The notes: generated from the letters alone by a model not told the origin. Numbered from the stretch's first letter, positions 18,379 through 27,632 are shown. The stretch: 64,000 nt of DNA from Alphaproteobacteria bacterium (GCA_965227515.1 CBDDFZ010000001.1:1632001-1696000), one strand, 5' to 3'. Made by a program: numbers and translations.

Positions 18379-19074
18379 ATGCGGCTCCCATCGTCCCTCC
18401 GCAACAACGATGCCGAACGCCGCGTGACCGCACCGCCGCCTGTCCCCGTGTCCATGACCCGCGCGTCCACGACCTGGTTGCAACGCCTGCGCGGGCGCAT
18501 CTGGGCGCGCATCTACAACTGGCACTGGATCGACGGCCACCGGGCGGCCCGCTCGTCGCAGCTCTACGGGTCGCATTTCGGCCTGCTGATGGACGTGTTC
18601 GCGATCCGTGGCGTGGTCAACCTGCGCGGCGACAACACCGGCACCGAGTGGTACGACGCCGAGCAGCGCGCGTGTGCGGCGCGCGGCATTGTCATCGCTG
18701 ATGTGCCGGTATCGTCGAAGCGGCTGCCGACCCGCGAGACCCTGATCGGCGTGCTGGATGCGATGGACGCCGCACCCGAGCCGCTGGTGATGAAATGCTC
18801 CGGCGGCGCCGACCGGGCGGGATTTGCCGGCGGCGTCTATTTGCTGAACCGCTACGGCCGTGCCGGCATGGCCGGCGCGCGCCGGCAGATGGGCTTCTGG
18901 CCGTTCCGCCACGTGCCGAAGAAGAACCAGCGCTGGATCCGTTCGTTCTTCGATTTCGTCGAGGCCGACATCGACGGTCGCTCGCTCCGGGACTGGATCG
19001 CCGGGCACTACACCGACGCGCGCTTCGCCGACTTCCTGCGTGCGCGCGGCCAGGGCGACTACTGGGCGCACTGA
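18379..19074 (+). CDS. tyrosine/dual-specificity phosphatase-like protein (start uncertain, alternative 18454)
   Basis: RSSQL, VVNLRG and P-loop KCSGGADRAG (CX5R). Confidence 0.75.
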   Translation: MRLPSSLRNNDAERRVTAPPPVPVSMTRASTTWLQRLRGRIWARIYNWHWIDGHRAARSSQLYGSHFGLLMDVFAIRGVVNLRGDNTGTEWYDAEQRACAARGIVIADVPVSSKRLPTRETLIGVLDAMDAAPEPLVMKCSGGADRAGFAGGVYLLNRYGRAGMAGARRQMGFWPFRHVPKKNQRWIRSFFDFVEADIDGRSLRDWIAGHYTDARFADFLRARGQGDYWAH

Positions 19075-19091
19075 TTTGGCTCACGCTGAAG

Positions 19092-19209
19092 TCTGCGCCA
19101 GCCCTCTCCCCCGCCCGACCGCCCACGACAGTATGCTTGCTGGGAGGTCGGGTGCCAAAAGGGAGCGCGGACGCGCGACCGCATGAAAACGAGTAAGGGC
19201 CGGTGCCGA
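19092..19209. repeat. CCCTCTCCCCC-type palindromic repeat, copy 1 (degenerate, inverted loop)
   Basis: Shares TCTGCGCC..CCCTCTCCCCC and GGGCCGGTGCCGA ends with 47124-47208 and 60206-60303. Confidence 0.75.
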
Positions 19210-19222
19210 ATGGACTAATAGT

Positions 19223-19270
19223 CCTGAACCATTGCCGGCCTGGACCATTGCCCGCCTGAACCATTGCCCG
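19223..19270 (+). repeat. 3 x 16-bp tandem repeat upstream of glnT
   Basis: CCTGAACCATTGCCGG / CCTGGACCATTGCCCG / CCTGAACCATTGCCCG. Confidence 0.85.
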
Positions 19271-19334
19271 GGCCGGCCTTTCGCCGCTATGACACTTCCC
19301 TGAGGGAATTTCTGCTTATCGAGGGGAAACACAC

Positions 19335-20642
19335 ATGGCGATCGACCTGGCAAAGAAGGCGGCCGACAACGACATCCGCTACTTCCTGATCAGCTTCACC
19401 GATCTGTTCGGGGTGCAGCGGTCCAAGCTGGTGCCGGCCGCGGCCATCGCCGGCATGCAGGAGGCGGGTGCAGGCTTTGCCGGGTTCGCGACCAACCTGG
19501 ACATGACGCCGGCCGATCCCGACATGCTGGCGGTGCCGGACCCCGACAGCCTGATCCAATTGCCGTGGCAGCCCACCATCGGCTGGCTTGCCGGCGACCT
19601 GGTGATGGCCGGCCAGCCGGTGGAACAGGCGCCGCGCGTGGTGCTGAAGAACGCAATCAAGGCCGCCGCCGACCAGGGCTATGTCATGAAGACCGGCGTG
19701 GAGGCCGAGTTCTTCCTGATCATGCCGGATGGCGAGGCGATCTCCGACCCCCGCGATACCCAGGCCAAGCCCTGCTACGACCAGAGCTGCCTGATGCGCC
19801 GCTACGAGACCATCTCCGGCCTGTGCGACGCCATGCAGACCCTGGGCTGGGGCCCGTATCAGAACGACCACGAGGACGGCAACGGCCAGTTCGAGATGAA
19901 CTGGGACTATGACGACGCGCTGGTCACCGCCGACCGCCATGCGTTCTTCAAGTTCATGGTCAAGACGCTGGCCGAGCAGCAGGGCCTGCGCGCCACCTTC
20001 ATGCCGAAGCCGTTCGCGCACCTCACCGGCAATGGCTGCCACGCCCACGTCTCGGTGTGGGACAAGAAGGGCAAGAAGAACCTGTTCGAGGACAAGAAGG
20101 GCGAGCTTGGCCTGTCGGCGCTGGCCTACAACTTCCTGGGCGGCGTCATCAAGCACGCCGACGCGCTGGCCGCCATCACCAACCCGACGGTCAACTCCTA
20201 CAAGCGCATCAACGCGCCTGTTACCACCTCGGGCGCCACGTGGTCGCCGAACACGGTCACCTACACCGGCAACAACCGCACCCACATGGTGCGCATTCCC
20301 GATCCGGGCCGGTTCGAGGTGCGGCTCGCCGACGGTGCCGCGAACCCCTATCTGCTGCAGGCCGGCTTGCTGGTCGCCGGGCTGGACGGCATCGCCAATT
20401 CCACCGACCCCGGCAAGCGGCTGGACATCAACATGTACGCCGAGGGCCACAAGGTGCGCGGCGCCAAGAAGCTGCCGCTCAACCTCTCCGACGCGCTGGA
20501 CGCGTTCGCCAAGAACAAGGTGCTGCGCGCCGGCCTGGGTGCGGAGGTGTGCGACGCCTACATCAAGCTGCGCCGCGCGGAGTGGGACGACTATCTGCGC
20601 CACTTCTCGAAGTGGGAACGCGACAACGCGATCGATTGCTAG
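19335..20642 (+). CDS. glnT: type III glutamate-ammonia ligase (GlnT / gamma-glutamylmethylamide synthetase GmaS family)
   Basis: YFLISFTDLFGVQRSKLVP, GAGFAGFA, YQNDHEDGNGQFEMNW, TFMPKPF and GNNRTH motifs. Confidence 0.9.
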   Translation: MAIDLAKKAADNDIRYFLISFTDLFGVQRSKLVPAAAIAGMQEAGAGFAGFATNLDMTPADPDMLAVPDPDSLIQLPWQPTIGWLAGDLVMAGQPVEQAPRVVLKNAIKAAADQGYVMKTGVEAEFFLIMPDGEAISDPRDTQAKPCYDQSCLMRRYETISGLCDAMQTLGWGPYQNDHEDGNGQFEMNWDYDDALVTADRHAFFKFMVKTLAEQQGLRATFMPKPFAHLTGNGCHAHVSVWDKKGKKNLFEDKKGELGLSALAYNFLGGVIKHADALAAITNPTVNSYKRINAPVTTSGATWSPNTVTYTGNNRTHMVRIPDPGRFEVRLADGAANPYLLQAGLLVAGLDGIANSTDPGKRLDINMYAEGHKVRGAKKLPLNLSDALDAFAKNKVLRAGLGAEVCDAYIKLRRAEWDDYLRHFSKWERDNAIDC

Positions 20643-20672
20643 GTCAGCGAATTTCGGGTCCGGCGGAGACTC

Positions 20673-22178
20673 ATGCTGGCAAAGTGGACCAAACACCGGC
20701 GAGCGAGTGCCGGGCTCGTTGTTCTGACCGCCATTTGCGTCAGCGTGCTTTTCGCAGTTTCGCCACCGGGTGTGGACGCTCAGGAGAGCTGTGACTCCCA
20801 CCCGGATGCCTGCGCATTTCTGGCAGACGCAGAGGCTTTACTCGCTGAGCTGCACAACGCGAGCGACTTATCGGAGCCGTTCGAAGCGTTCGTGTACGCC
20901 CGCGCGCTGGCGTCATTTGGAATAGCGCAGGCGCGCCTCGGCTTGCCCGATGACGCAACAGGTACACTTCGATCCTCCGTCGAGATCTTGGACGCGTTAC
21001 CTGATGGTGATGAGCACGGTCTGTTCAATGACTGGCTTCGAGCAGAAGTTGCCTTATGGCATGCCCGGCTGGGCAATCTGTCGGTTACAAGAGATCTGAT
21101 CGATTTGATCGAGGTGCCTGCTGTTCAGATAATCCTGCTGAGCAATCTCGCGACTGATGACGCAGTGGCCATGCCGCGTTCCGAGAAGGCCACGCTCCTG
21201 GAAATCGCCAAGAACACCTATTTGGAGCAAACCACCACAACTATTGGAATAATCGCAACCTACGGTCTGCGGGATCTGCTGGCGGCATTGATAGACAGTA
21301 ACGATCGCGACGGTATCGTTGCCATCTTCGCGAATTTATCGGAGGCAGACTATCCGGTTTCATCGCTAACGGGCATGCAGCTCTCGTCGGCCAGTGCACC
21401 CATGCTGGCTCTCGGGGTGCGAAGCATGACCGAGAGAATGATTGCGCAGGGCATGCTAGAGGAAGCCGAGCGATTTGCGGACCTCCCACTCGCGCCCGAG
21501 GAAAGAGCTTTGGAGCTCGCCGGGATCGCTTTTGGACTGCGGGAGGCGGGGCAGGACCAGTACGAGCCATATTTGGCTAGGGCCAAAGAAACGGTTGAAA
21601 GCTCGTACAGCGATCACAACACGCGAGGGCTTGTGCTTGTTGGCTATATGCTCCATCGGATGGGGCGGCTGGATCAGGCAGCGGATTACCTCTCGCTCGC
21701 TGGGGAGGCTGCGCTAGCTGCTTATCCCAACAGCTACCTCGACGGGCACTGGTTTCGTGAACTGATGCTGGTTCTGATCGAAACGGGACGAAGTGACCTC
21801 GCTTCCCAGATTCTCGATCACGTTGTCGATCAGGTGCTGGAATTGGAAGCGGAGCACATCAGGGACAAATCCCTGTCGCTTCTGGTCGCCTATCAGGCAC
21901 ACGCCGGCCAGTTCGAGGCGGCCCGAGCGACGATATTCGAGATGGAGATTGGCTCTGCGCGCTCTGGTGCATTCGCAATGGTTGCGGTTGCGCAAGTTCT
22001 TGCTGGCGATGTGCAGTCGGCTCGACGATCCTTTCAGGAGGCAGCGAATAATGCCCGCCTGGAGCCCGGAAACTACGGATCGGAGTTCGCTTCGATGTCG
22101 TTTCAATCCGTGATCTACGGGTTGGCAACCGCTGCCATCGTCATTGGCGATGGCGCGTCAGTGGATGTTCCGCGGTGA
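20673..22178 (+). CDS. hypothetical exported alpha-helical (TPR-like) repeat protein with atypical codon usage
   Basis: Signal peptide, Ala/Leu/Glu-rich helical repeats (AxxQAxxG), and many A/T-ending codons compared with neighbours. Confidence 0.65.
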   Translation: MLAKWTKHRRASAGLVVLTAICVSVLFAVSPPGVDAQESCDSHPDACAFLADAEALLAELHNASDLSEPFEAFVYARALASFGIAQARLGLPDDATGTLRSSVEILDALPDGDEHGLFNDWLRAEVALWHARLGNLSVTRDLIDLIEVPAVQIILLSNLATDDAVAMPRSEKATLLEIAKNTYLEQTTTTIGIIATYGLRDLLAALIDSNDRDGIVAIFANLSEADYPVSSLTGMQLSSASAPMLALGVRSMTERMIAQGMLEEAERFADLPLAPEERALELAGIAFGLREAGQDQYEPYLARAKETVESSYSDHNTRGLVLVGYMLHRMGRLDQAADYLSLAGEAALAAYPNSYLDGHWFRELMLVLIETGRSDLASQILDHVVDQVLELEAEHIRDKSLSLLVAYQAHAGQFEAARATIFEMEIGSARSGAFAMVAVAQVLAGDVQSARRSFQEAANNARLEPGNYGSEFASMSFQSVIYGLATAAIVIGDGASVDVPR

Positions 22179-22238
22179 GGTCCTGCCTGCTAGCAAGAAC
22201 CCCAGAACGACTTTTCCAACAGGGAGAAACAGGCACGC

Positions 22239-23075
22239 ATGCCTTCCTTTGAACGCTCAACGCTGGTCGCCAAATTCCAGCAGATGGTCCGCGACGGCCA
22301 GCCGATCATCGGCGGCGGCGCCGGCACCGGACTCTCCGCCAAGTGCGAGGAGGCCGGCGGCATCGACCTCATCGTCATCTACAATTCCGGGCGTTACCGC
22401 ATGGCCGGGCGCGGCTCGCTGGCCGGCATGATGGCCTATGGCAACGCCAACGACATCGTGGTCGAGATGGCGCGCGAGGTGCTGCCGGTCGTCAACTCGA
22501 CACCGGTGCTGGCCGGCGTCAACGGCACCGACCCGTTCTGCCTGTTCGACGATTTCCTGCCGCGGCTGAAGGCGATGGGCTTCGCCGGCGTGCAGAACTT
22601 CCCCACCGTCGGGCTGATCGACGGCCAGTTCCGCGCCAATCTGGAAGAGACCGGCATGGGCTACGGGCCGGAAGTGGAGATGATCGCGAAGGCGCACGGG
22701 CTGGACATGCTGACCACGCCCTACGTGTTCAACACGGACGAGGCGCGGCTGATGACCGAGGCCGGGGCCGACATCATCGTCGCCCACATGGGGCTGACGA
22801 CGGGCGGGGCCATCGGCGCGGAGACCGCGCTGACGCTGGACGACTGCGTGCCGGTGATCAACGACATCATCGCCGCGGCGCGCGAGGTGCGCGACGACGT
22901 GATCGTGCTCTGCCACGGCGGGCCGATCGCGATGCCGGACGATGCCGCCCATATCCTCAGCCACTGTCCCGGCTGCCACGGCTTCTACGGCGCCAGCAGC
23001 ATGGAGCGGCTGCCGACAGAGACCGCGCTGATCGAGCAGACGAAGCGGTTCAAGGCACTCACCCGCGGCGAGTGA
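22239..23075 (+). CDS. phosphoenolpyruvate hydrolase family / TIM-barrel signal transduction protein
   Basis: [37 protein letters not shown] and GASSMERLP motifs. Confidence 0.9.
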   Translation: MPSFERSTLVAKFQQMVRDGQPIIGGGAGTGLSAKCEEAGGIDLIVIYNSGRYRMAGRGSLAGMMAYGNANDIVVEMAREVLPVVNSTPVLAGVNGTDPFCLFDDFLPRLKAMGFAGVQNFPTVGLIDGQFRANLEETGMGYGPEVEMIAKAHGLDMLTTPYVFNTDEARLMTEAGADIIVAHMGLTTGGAIGAETALTLDDCVPVINDIIAAAREVRDDVIVLCHGGPIAMPDDAAHILSHCPGCHGFYGASSMERLPTETALIEQTKRFKALTRGE

Positions 23076-23087
23076 GATCGGTGCCCT

Positions 23088-23175
23088 GTAGCCCGGATGG
23101 AGTGGAGCGCAATCCGGGTTTCGTTGTGACAACAACATCGATTGCCCCGGATTACGCTGGCGCTTCATCCGGGCT
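23088..23175. repeat. GTAG-type REP doublet interrupted by IS110 at its terminal CT|AC
   Basis: GTAGCCCGGATGGAG...AATCCGGG ... CCCGGATT...CATCCGGGCT. The missing AC resumes at 24596. Confidence 0.85.
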
Positions 23176-23199
23176 TCTGTAACGGGCCATTGTTGGTCA

Positions 23200-23400
23200 A
23201 TCCCTTTTTCGTCGTCCCGGCGCCTGGGTCATGCTTCTGTACGGGGTCGGCGCAGGGCCGCCGCCAAGATGGATATGCGAGGATCGGTCGGTCCAATCTA
23301 CGGAAGCGTGCTCTCATGCGAGGCGACATCCCGGATGGCGGCCTGACCTGATCCATCGTCCCGGCGCGGGACGGCGCTCGACGGGCCGGTGTCGGTGCCC
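23200..23400 (-). ncRNA. putative bridge RNA / seekRNA of the IS1111-type element (ends approximate)
   Basis: Guide-like matches to target (23330-37, 23298-303) and donor (23266-72, 23234-41) inside two predicted stem-closed loops. Confidence 0.8.
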
Positions 23401-23439
23401 GTCGAAGCTCGTGTGTCGGTTCTCCTTATGCCGCGGCCA

Positions 23440-24483
23440 TCATGCTGTCGCCATCGCCGGGCGCACCGGTCCGGCATGGTTGAACGGTGTGCCGTCAACC
23501 CACATCCGGTGCATGATCACGGCGAGCCGGCGCGCCAGCGCGACCTTCGCCTTCCTCATGCCGGCTCGCCTGGCCAGCTTCATCGCCCAGCTCTTCAGCC
23601 AGCCGCCCTCGATCGGCCGGGTCAGAACCACGTGCGCCGCCTCATAGAGGGCCGAGCGCACATCGGCGTCCCCCACCTTCGAGATCCGCCCCGTCATCTC
23701 GCTCTCGCCCGACTGGCGCTTGGTCGGCGTCAGGCCGAAGTGCGCACCCACCAGGCGCGACGAGGCAAACCGCCCGGGGTCGTCCACTCCCGACAAGTAG
23801 GTCAGTCCGACAATGCTCCCCACGCCCGGCACCGTCATCAGCAGGCGAGCGCGATCGTCCGCCTGCGATGCCGCTCGGACCTGCCGGTCCAGCGCCGTGA
23901 ACGATAGCAACAGGCCATCGCGTGCCGACAGCAGCGCCCCCGCCACCGCCTCCAGTACCGGATGCCCCGCCACAAGCTCCGAAATACGTGTCGAAAAGCT
24001 GCGCCTGGTGGTGTGCCCTACCTTCAGCCCGAAGTTCCGCAGCTGACCACGAAGGTGCATCTCAAGATCGTGCAGCTTCGCGCGGAGCTGGTCGCGACCC
24101 TTCAAAAGGGCCCGCATCTCCTGGGCCGCCAAAGACTTGCAGTGAACCGGACGAAACCAGCCCACACGCATCAGCTGAGCAATCCCGCGTGCGTCCGAGC
24201 GGTCCGACTTCACCGGCATCGTCGAAAGCGCTCGCGCAACATGACGCGTCTCCAGCAACTCAACCGAAAGACCGCCCTCGCTACATCCCCGCACAAGCCA
24301 TTGCGACAACGGCCCCGCCTCAAGACCAATCCGCTCAACCGAAATCCCCAAAGACCCAAACCACAACAACAAACCCGCCGGCGTGCTCGCAATACGAGCC
24401 TCGCAGACAATCCCGCCCGCGCCGTCAACAACGCATACCGATGACCATTCCAAAGAAACGTCAATCCCGGCATAGTAGTTCAT
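23440..24483 (-). CDS. IS110-family DEDD recombinase/transposase
   Basis: GIDVS, GLEAG and KSDRSDA acidic residues, TVPGVG, GLTP..QSG (catalytic Ser) and KAKVALARRL. RBS GAGGAG. Frame intact. Confidence 0.95.
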   Translation of the reverse strand: MNYYAGIDVSLEWSSVCVVDGAGGIVCEARIASTPAGLLLWFGSLGISVERIGLEAGPLSQWLVRGCSEGGLSVELLETRHVARALSTMPVKSDRSDARGIAQLMRVGWFRPVHCKSLAAQEMRALLKGRDQLRAKLHDLEMHLRGQLRNFGLKVGHTTRRSFSTRISELVAGHPVLEAVAGALLSARDGLLLSFTALDRQVRAASQADDRARLLMTVPGVGSIVGLTYLSGVDDPGRFASSRLVGAHFGLTPTKRQSGESEMTGRISKVGDADVRSALYEAAHVVLTRPIEGGWLKSWAMKLARRAGMRKAKVALARRLAVIMHRMWVDGTPFNHAGPVRPAMATA

Positions 24484-24649
24484 GGTCGTCTCTCCTCGAT
24501 GTCTTGGAGCGGCAAACCCGACTCCGTGTATGACACCGACATCTTGAGGGACGACCACTCATGCACGCCACCAAACAAGGGCCGTTAGCCCATCTACGGG
24601 TCCGTGGCATCGCGCCCGCCGACGCACGAGTACGAGGGAAGCAACAGCA

Positions 24650-25096
24650 ATGACCAAGGTCTACATCAGCAACGTGATCGATCTGCCGGTCGACAAGGTT
24701 TGGGCGCTGGCCCGTGATTTCAACGGCCACGACAGGTGGCACCCGATCATTGCCGAGAGCCACGTCGAGGGCGGAAAGCCGAGCGACCAGGTCGGTTGCG
24801 TGCGCAACTTCAAGCTCGCCGACGGCACGCCCTTGCGCGAGCAGCTGCTGTCGTTCAGCGACCGCGAGCACAGCTTCACTTACAACATCCTGGAATCGCC
24901 GCTGCCGCTGGAGAACTACGTCGCGACGTTCCGTTGCACGGCCGTGACCGAGGGCGACCGCACATTCGTTGAGTGGATGGCGGAGTTCGACACCGCGGCC
25001 GAGAACGAGGCGACCCTGGTCGAGCAGGTCGGCCGCAACACCTTCGCCGCCGGTATCGTCGCACTCGCCGAGGCCCTGGGCGCGAAGGTGGGGTAA
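24650..25096 (+). CDS. SRPBCC (START/polyketide cyclase) family protein
   Basis: VDKVWALARDF..WHP..VGCVR..LREQLL..FTYNIL..TFVEW pattern. Confidence 0.85.
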   Translation: MTKVYISNVIDLPVDKVWALARDFNGHDRWHPIIAESHVEGGKPSDQVGCVRNFKLADGTPLREQLLSFSDREHSFTYNILESPLPLENYVATFRCTAVTEGDRTFVEWMAEFDTAAENEATLVEQVGRNTFAAGIVALAEALGAKVG

Positions 25097-25150
25097 CGGC
25101 GGGGTGGCCCCAGCCAATTCAGAACACCGCCGACCGCCACAAAACACAAT

Positions 25151-25168
25151 CGTCATCCTCGGGCCTGT
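25151..25168. repeat. left half of a CGTC-type REP split by IS481
   Basis: CGTCATCCTCGGGCCTGT continues as CTTGTCCCGAGGATCCAT at 26438. The reconstituted site matches the reverse complement of the intact copy at 61907-61937. Confidence 0.8.
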
Positions 25169-26437
25169 TGTATGGCCCGGGGACATGGTTGACAGTTGTT
25201 CGGAGACATAGCTGACACATTGATGGTTGGTTTTTTCTCATATTGTAAGGTCGATGTCAGCGATCTGGGTTGCGCCGAAGAAGATGCTGTAGCGTCCGTC
25301 GTTGCCGCGCGGCCTGATGGCGAGACGCTCGCCGGCGAAGGCGCGTGGCACGGGCCAGAGCCTTCCCTTGAAGCTGACGTAGAACTTGGTTGCCCCGACC
25401 TTGCGGACGATGTCGTCGGGTCCGTATTCGGGCTCGGGTAGGGTGTCGGGCATGGGTCGTGTCGAGGGCCGGTAGCGACTGGCCGGCACGTTCATGTCCA
25501 AGGCCTGGTGCGGCCGCTCGGAGTTGTAGACCGGGCGCCATTCATCGAAGGCCTGTTGCACCTGGGCGAGATCGCGCATGCGTCGCAGCGCGAACACCTC
25601 GGCGTCCAGGGTACGGTGGAAGCGCTCGTTCTTGCCGCGTCCTTGCGGGTGATATGGGCGGGCGTGGATGACCTCGACGCCGAGCTTCAAGAGCCACACC
25701 CTGAGTGGGGTCCACTGCCCCGGCACCCCGCCGCCCCAGGGCGAGCCGTTGTCGAGGTAGAACGCATCGGGCAGGCCGTAGAGCCGGAACGTGCGCGCCA
25801 GCAGCTGCTTGACCGTGGCCGTGCGCTCGTTGTCGCCTGCGTGCAGGCACAACGAGAAGCGCGAGTGATCGTCCAGCACCGTGAGCGGGTGGCACCACAG
25901 GCCGCGGTCGACCTGCACCCGTCCCTTGAAGTCCATCTGCCACAACTGGTTCGGCGCCGGCCGCTCGAAGCGCGTGTAGGCGTGGCCTGTCTGGCGTCGC
26001 GGCGGCACCCGCTCGTGGCGCTGCAAGATCGCATGAACGGTCGATGCCGAAGGCGGGGCGATCCCGTCGCGTTCGAGGCAGCGGGCGATCTTGCGCGCGC
26101 CCCAGGCCGGATGCGCATCGCGCACCGCCAGCACAGCCGCCTCGATCCGCGCCTCCGTGCGGCGCGGGCTGTGGCGCGGCCGACGCGAGCGATCCGCCAA
26201 CCCTTCCCCCGCACAGCCCGCCCGACGCAGCCATTTGTGCCCGGTCTGGCGGCTGATCCCGAACCGCGCTCACGTTCGCGCCATCCAGAGAGGCAAGCAT
26301 CACAAACTCACGCCGTTGATCCACGATCGACACCTCTTGCCAAGGCATGGCCGACTCCAAAATCGGAAGCCAACCACACCAATAAGAGTGTCAACCATGT
26401 CCCCGAACGCCTGTAAGCTATCTCCCCGGGCCGAACA
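25169..26437 (-). mobile_element. IS481-family insertion sequence, 1269 bp
   Basis: TGT...ACA ends; IRs TGTATGGCCCGGGGACATGGTTGACAG / TGTTCGGCCCGGGGAGATAGCTTACAG with inner repeats of the GGRGACATRGYTGACA motif; 5-bp target duplication CCTGT/CTTGT. Confidence 0.9.
25238..26348 (-). pseudogene. IS481 DDE transposase, frameshifted near codon 28
   Basis: MPWQEVSIVDQRREFV..GANVSA switches frame to RFGISRQTGHKW..WQMDFKG..DNGSPW..GKNERFH. Confidence 0.8.
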
Positions 26438-26533
26438 CTTGTCCCGAGGATCCATGGCAGGCATCGCGCGAAGCTCGAAATGGATCCTCGGCACCTCGCC
26501 CAACTGAAGGGTTGGGCTCCGGCCAAGGATGAC
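26438..26533. repeat. remainder of the CGTC-type REP doublet
   Basis: CTTGTCCCGAGGATCCAT ... ATGGATCCTCGG-(extra hairpin GCCCAAC/GTTGGGC)-CCAAGGATGAC. Confidence 0.7.
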
Positions 26534-26558
26534 AAGAGAGGGGAGCGGCACCGCCGCC

Positions 26559-27632
26559 CTACACCTTGTGCACCTGTCCGTCGGCGTCGCTGACGAAGCA
26601 GAGGTCCAGCACCTTCTGCAGGTTGGCGGTGTGGCGGAAACTCGGCTCGCCATTGATGCCGCTGCGCACCGCGTCGACGAACCAGTCATAGGTCAGCGGC
26701 ACCACCGGGCATTCCACCTCGCGCCAGGTCTGGGTGTGGATGTCCTCGCCCAGGCAGGCGCGCAGGGCCGAGACCTCGCTCTCGAAGGTGATCTCCAGCC
26801 CGCCCATGGTGCCGAACACCGAGATCTGCTTGGCGTTGGCGTAGCCGGTGGCGAACCGGCTGGCATGCACGGCGGCCAGCGCGCCGTTGTCCATTTCAAG
26901 CGACATCATGAAGCTGTCGTTGACGTCCAGCTCGTAGTCGTCGATGCGGTTGTTCGGCGCTTTCGGAAACGTCTTCAGGCGGCAGTGCACCGACACCGGC
27001 CGGACGCCGGCGACGTGCATGGCGCTGTCCAGGATGTGGATGCCGATGTCGCCGAGCACGCCCTTGGATCCGTGACGGCCGGACAGGCGCCACAGCCAGC
27101 GCGGCTCGGTGCGCCAGTCGCCCCACTGGTTGCCGACCAGCCAGCTCTGCAGATAGGCCGCCTCGATGTGGCGCACCTCGCCGATGGCGCCTGACGCCAC
27201 CATCGCCTGCGCCTTGGCGATCTGCGGCAGCGCGCGGTAGCGCAGGTTGACCATGTTGACCAGGCCGCGGCTCTCCATCGCCTCGGTCATCTCCAGCGCG
27301 TCTTCGTAGGTCTCGGCCAGCGGCTTCTCGCAGAACACCGGCTTGCCGGCCTCGGCCAGCTTCAGCGTGGTCGATTTGTGCACCGGGTCGGGCGTGGCGT
27401 TGGCCACGGCATCGAATTCGCCCCAGGCGATCGCCTCGTCCAGGTCGTGGAAGGCATGGGCGATGCCATGCTTGGCGTTGAACGTGGCCAGCGTTTCCGC
27501 CTGGACGTCGACACCGGCGACGACGGTGGCGTGCGGGTTCTGGTTGAAGACCTGCGCGTGGCGGTTGGCCATGTGGCCGGTGCCCAGCACCAGGATGCGC
27601 ACCGGCTCTCCGGCGGCCGGCCTGGGGTTCAT
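26559..27632 (-). CDS. thuB: Gfo/Idh/MocA oxidoreductase (ThuB-like)
   Basis: GTGHMA, CEKPLA and GVLGDIGIH motifs; translationally coupled to thuA. Confidence 0.8.
   Translation of the reverse strand: MNPRPAAGEPVRILVLGTGHMANRHAQVFNQNPHATVVAGVDVQAETLATFNAKHGIAHAFHDLDEAIAWGEFDAVANATPDPVHKSTTLKLAEAGKPVFCEKPLAETYEDALEMTEAMESRGLVNMVNLRYRALPQIAKAQAMVASGAIGEVRHIEAAYLQSWLVGNQWGDWRTEPRWLWRLSGRHGSKGVLGDIGIHILDSAMHVAGVRPVSVHCRLKTFPKAPNNRIDDYELDVNDSFMMSLEMDNGALAAVHASRFATGYANAKQISVFGTMGGLEITFESEVSALRACLGEDIHTQTWREVECPVVPLTYDWFVDAVRSGINGEPSFRHTANLQKVLDLCFVSDADGQVHKV

Larger units (their letters stand above)
23176..24595 (-). mobile_element. complete IS110-family (IS1111 group) insertion sequence, 1420 bp
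   Basis: CT core at both junctions (23174-75 and 24594-95). Imperfect sub-terminal IRs TAACGGGCCATTGTTGGT (23180-97) and ACCAAACAAGGGCCGTTA (24570-87). Excision restores the REP end CATCCGGGCTAC. Confidence 0.9.

Noticed and set aside
19223-19270. Tandem repeats here and at 46065-46120 as possible CRISPR arrays
   Set aside because: The units are 14-16 bp and directly adjacent, with no spacers and no cas genes.
26255-26280. Programmed ribosomal frameshift in the IS481 transposase
   Set aside because: There is no slippery A-run. A few residues expected between NVSA and RFGIS appear to be missing, consistent with a small deletion or sequencing error.
23176-26437. Composite transposon carrying the SRPBCC gene
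   Set aside because: The flanking ISs belong to different families with independent target sites, each restorable to an intact REP, and the SRPBCC gene has host-like codon usage.
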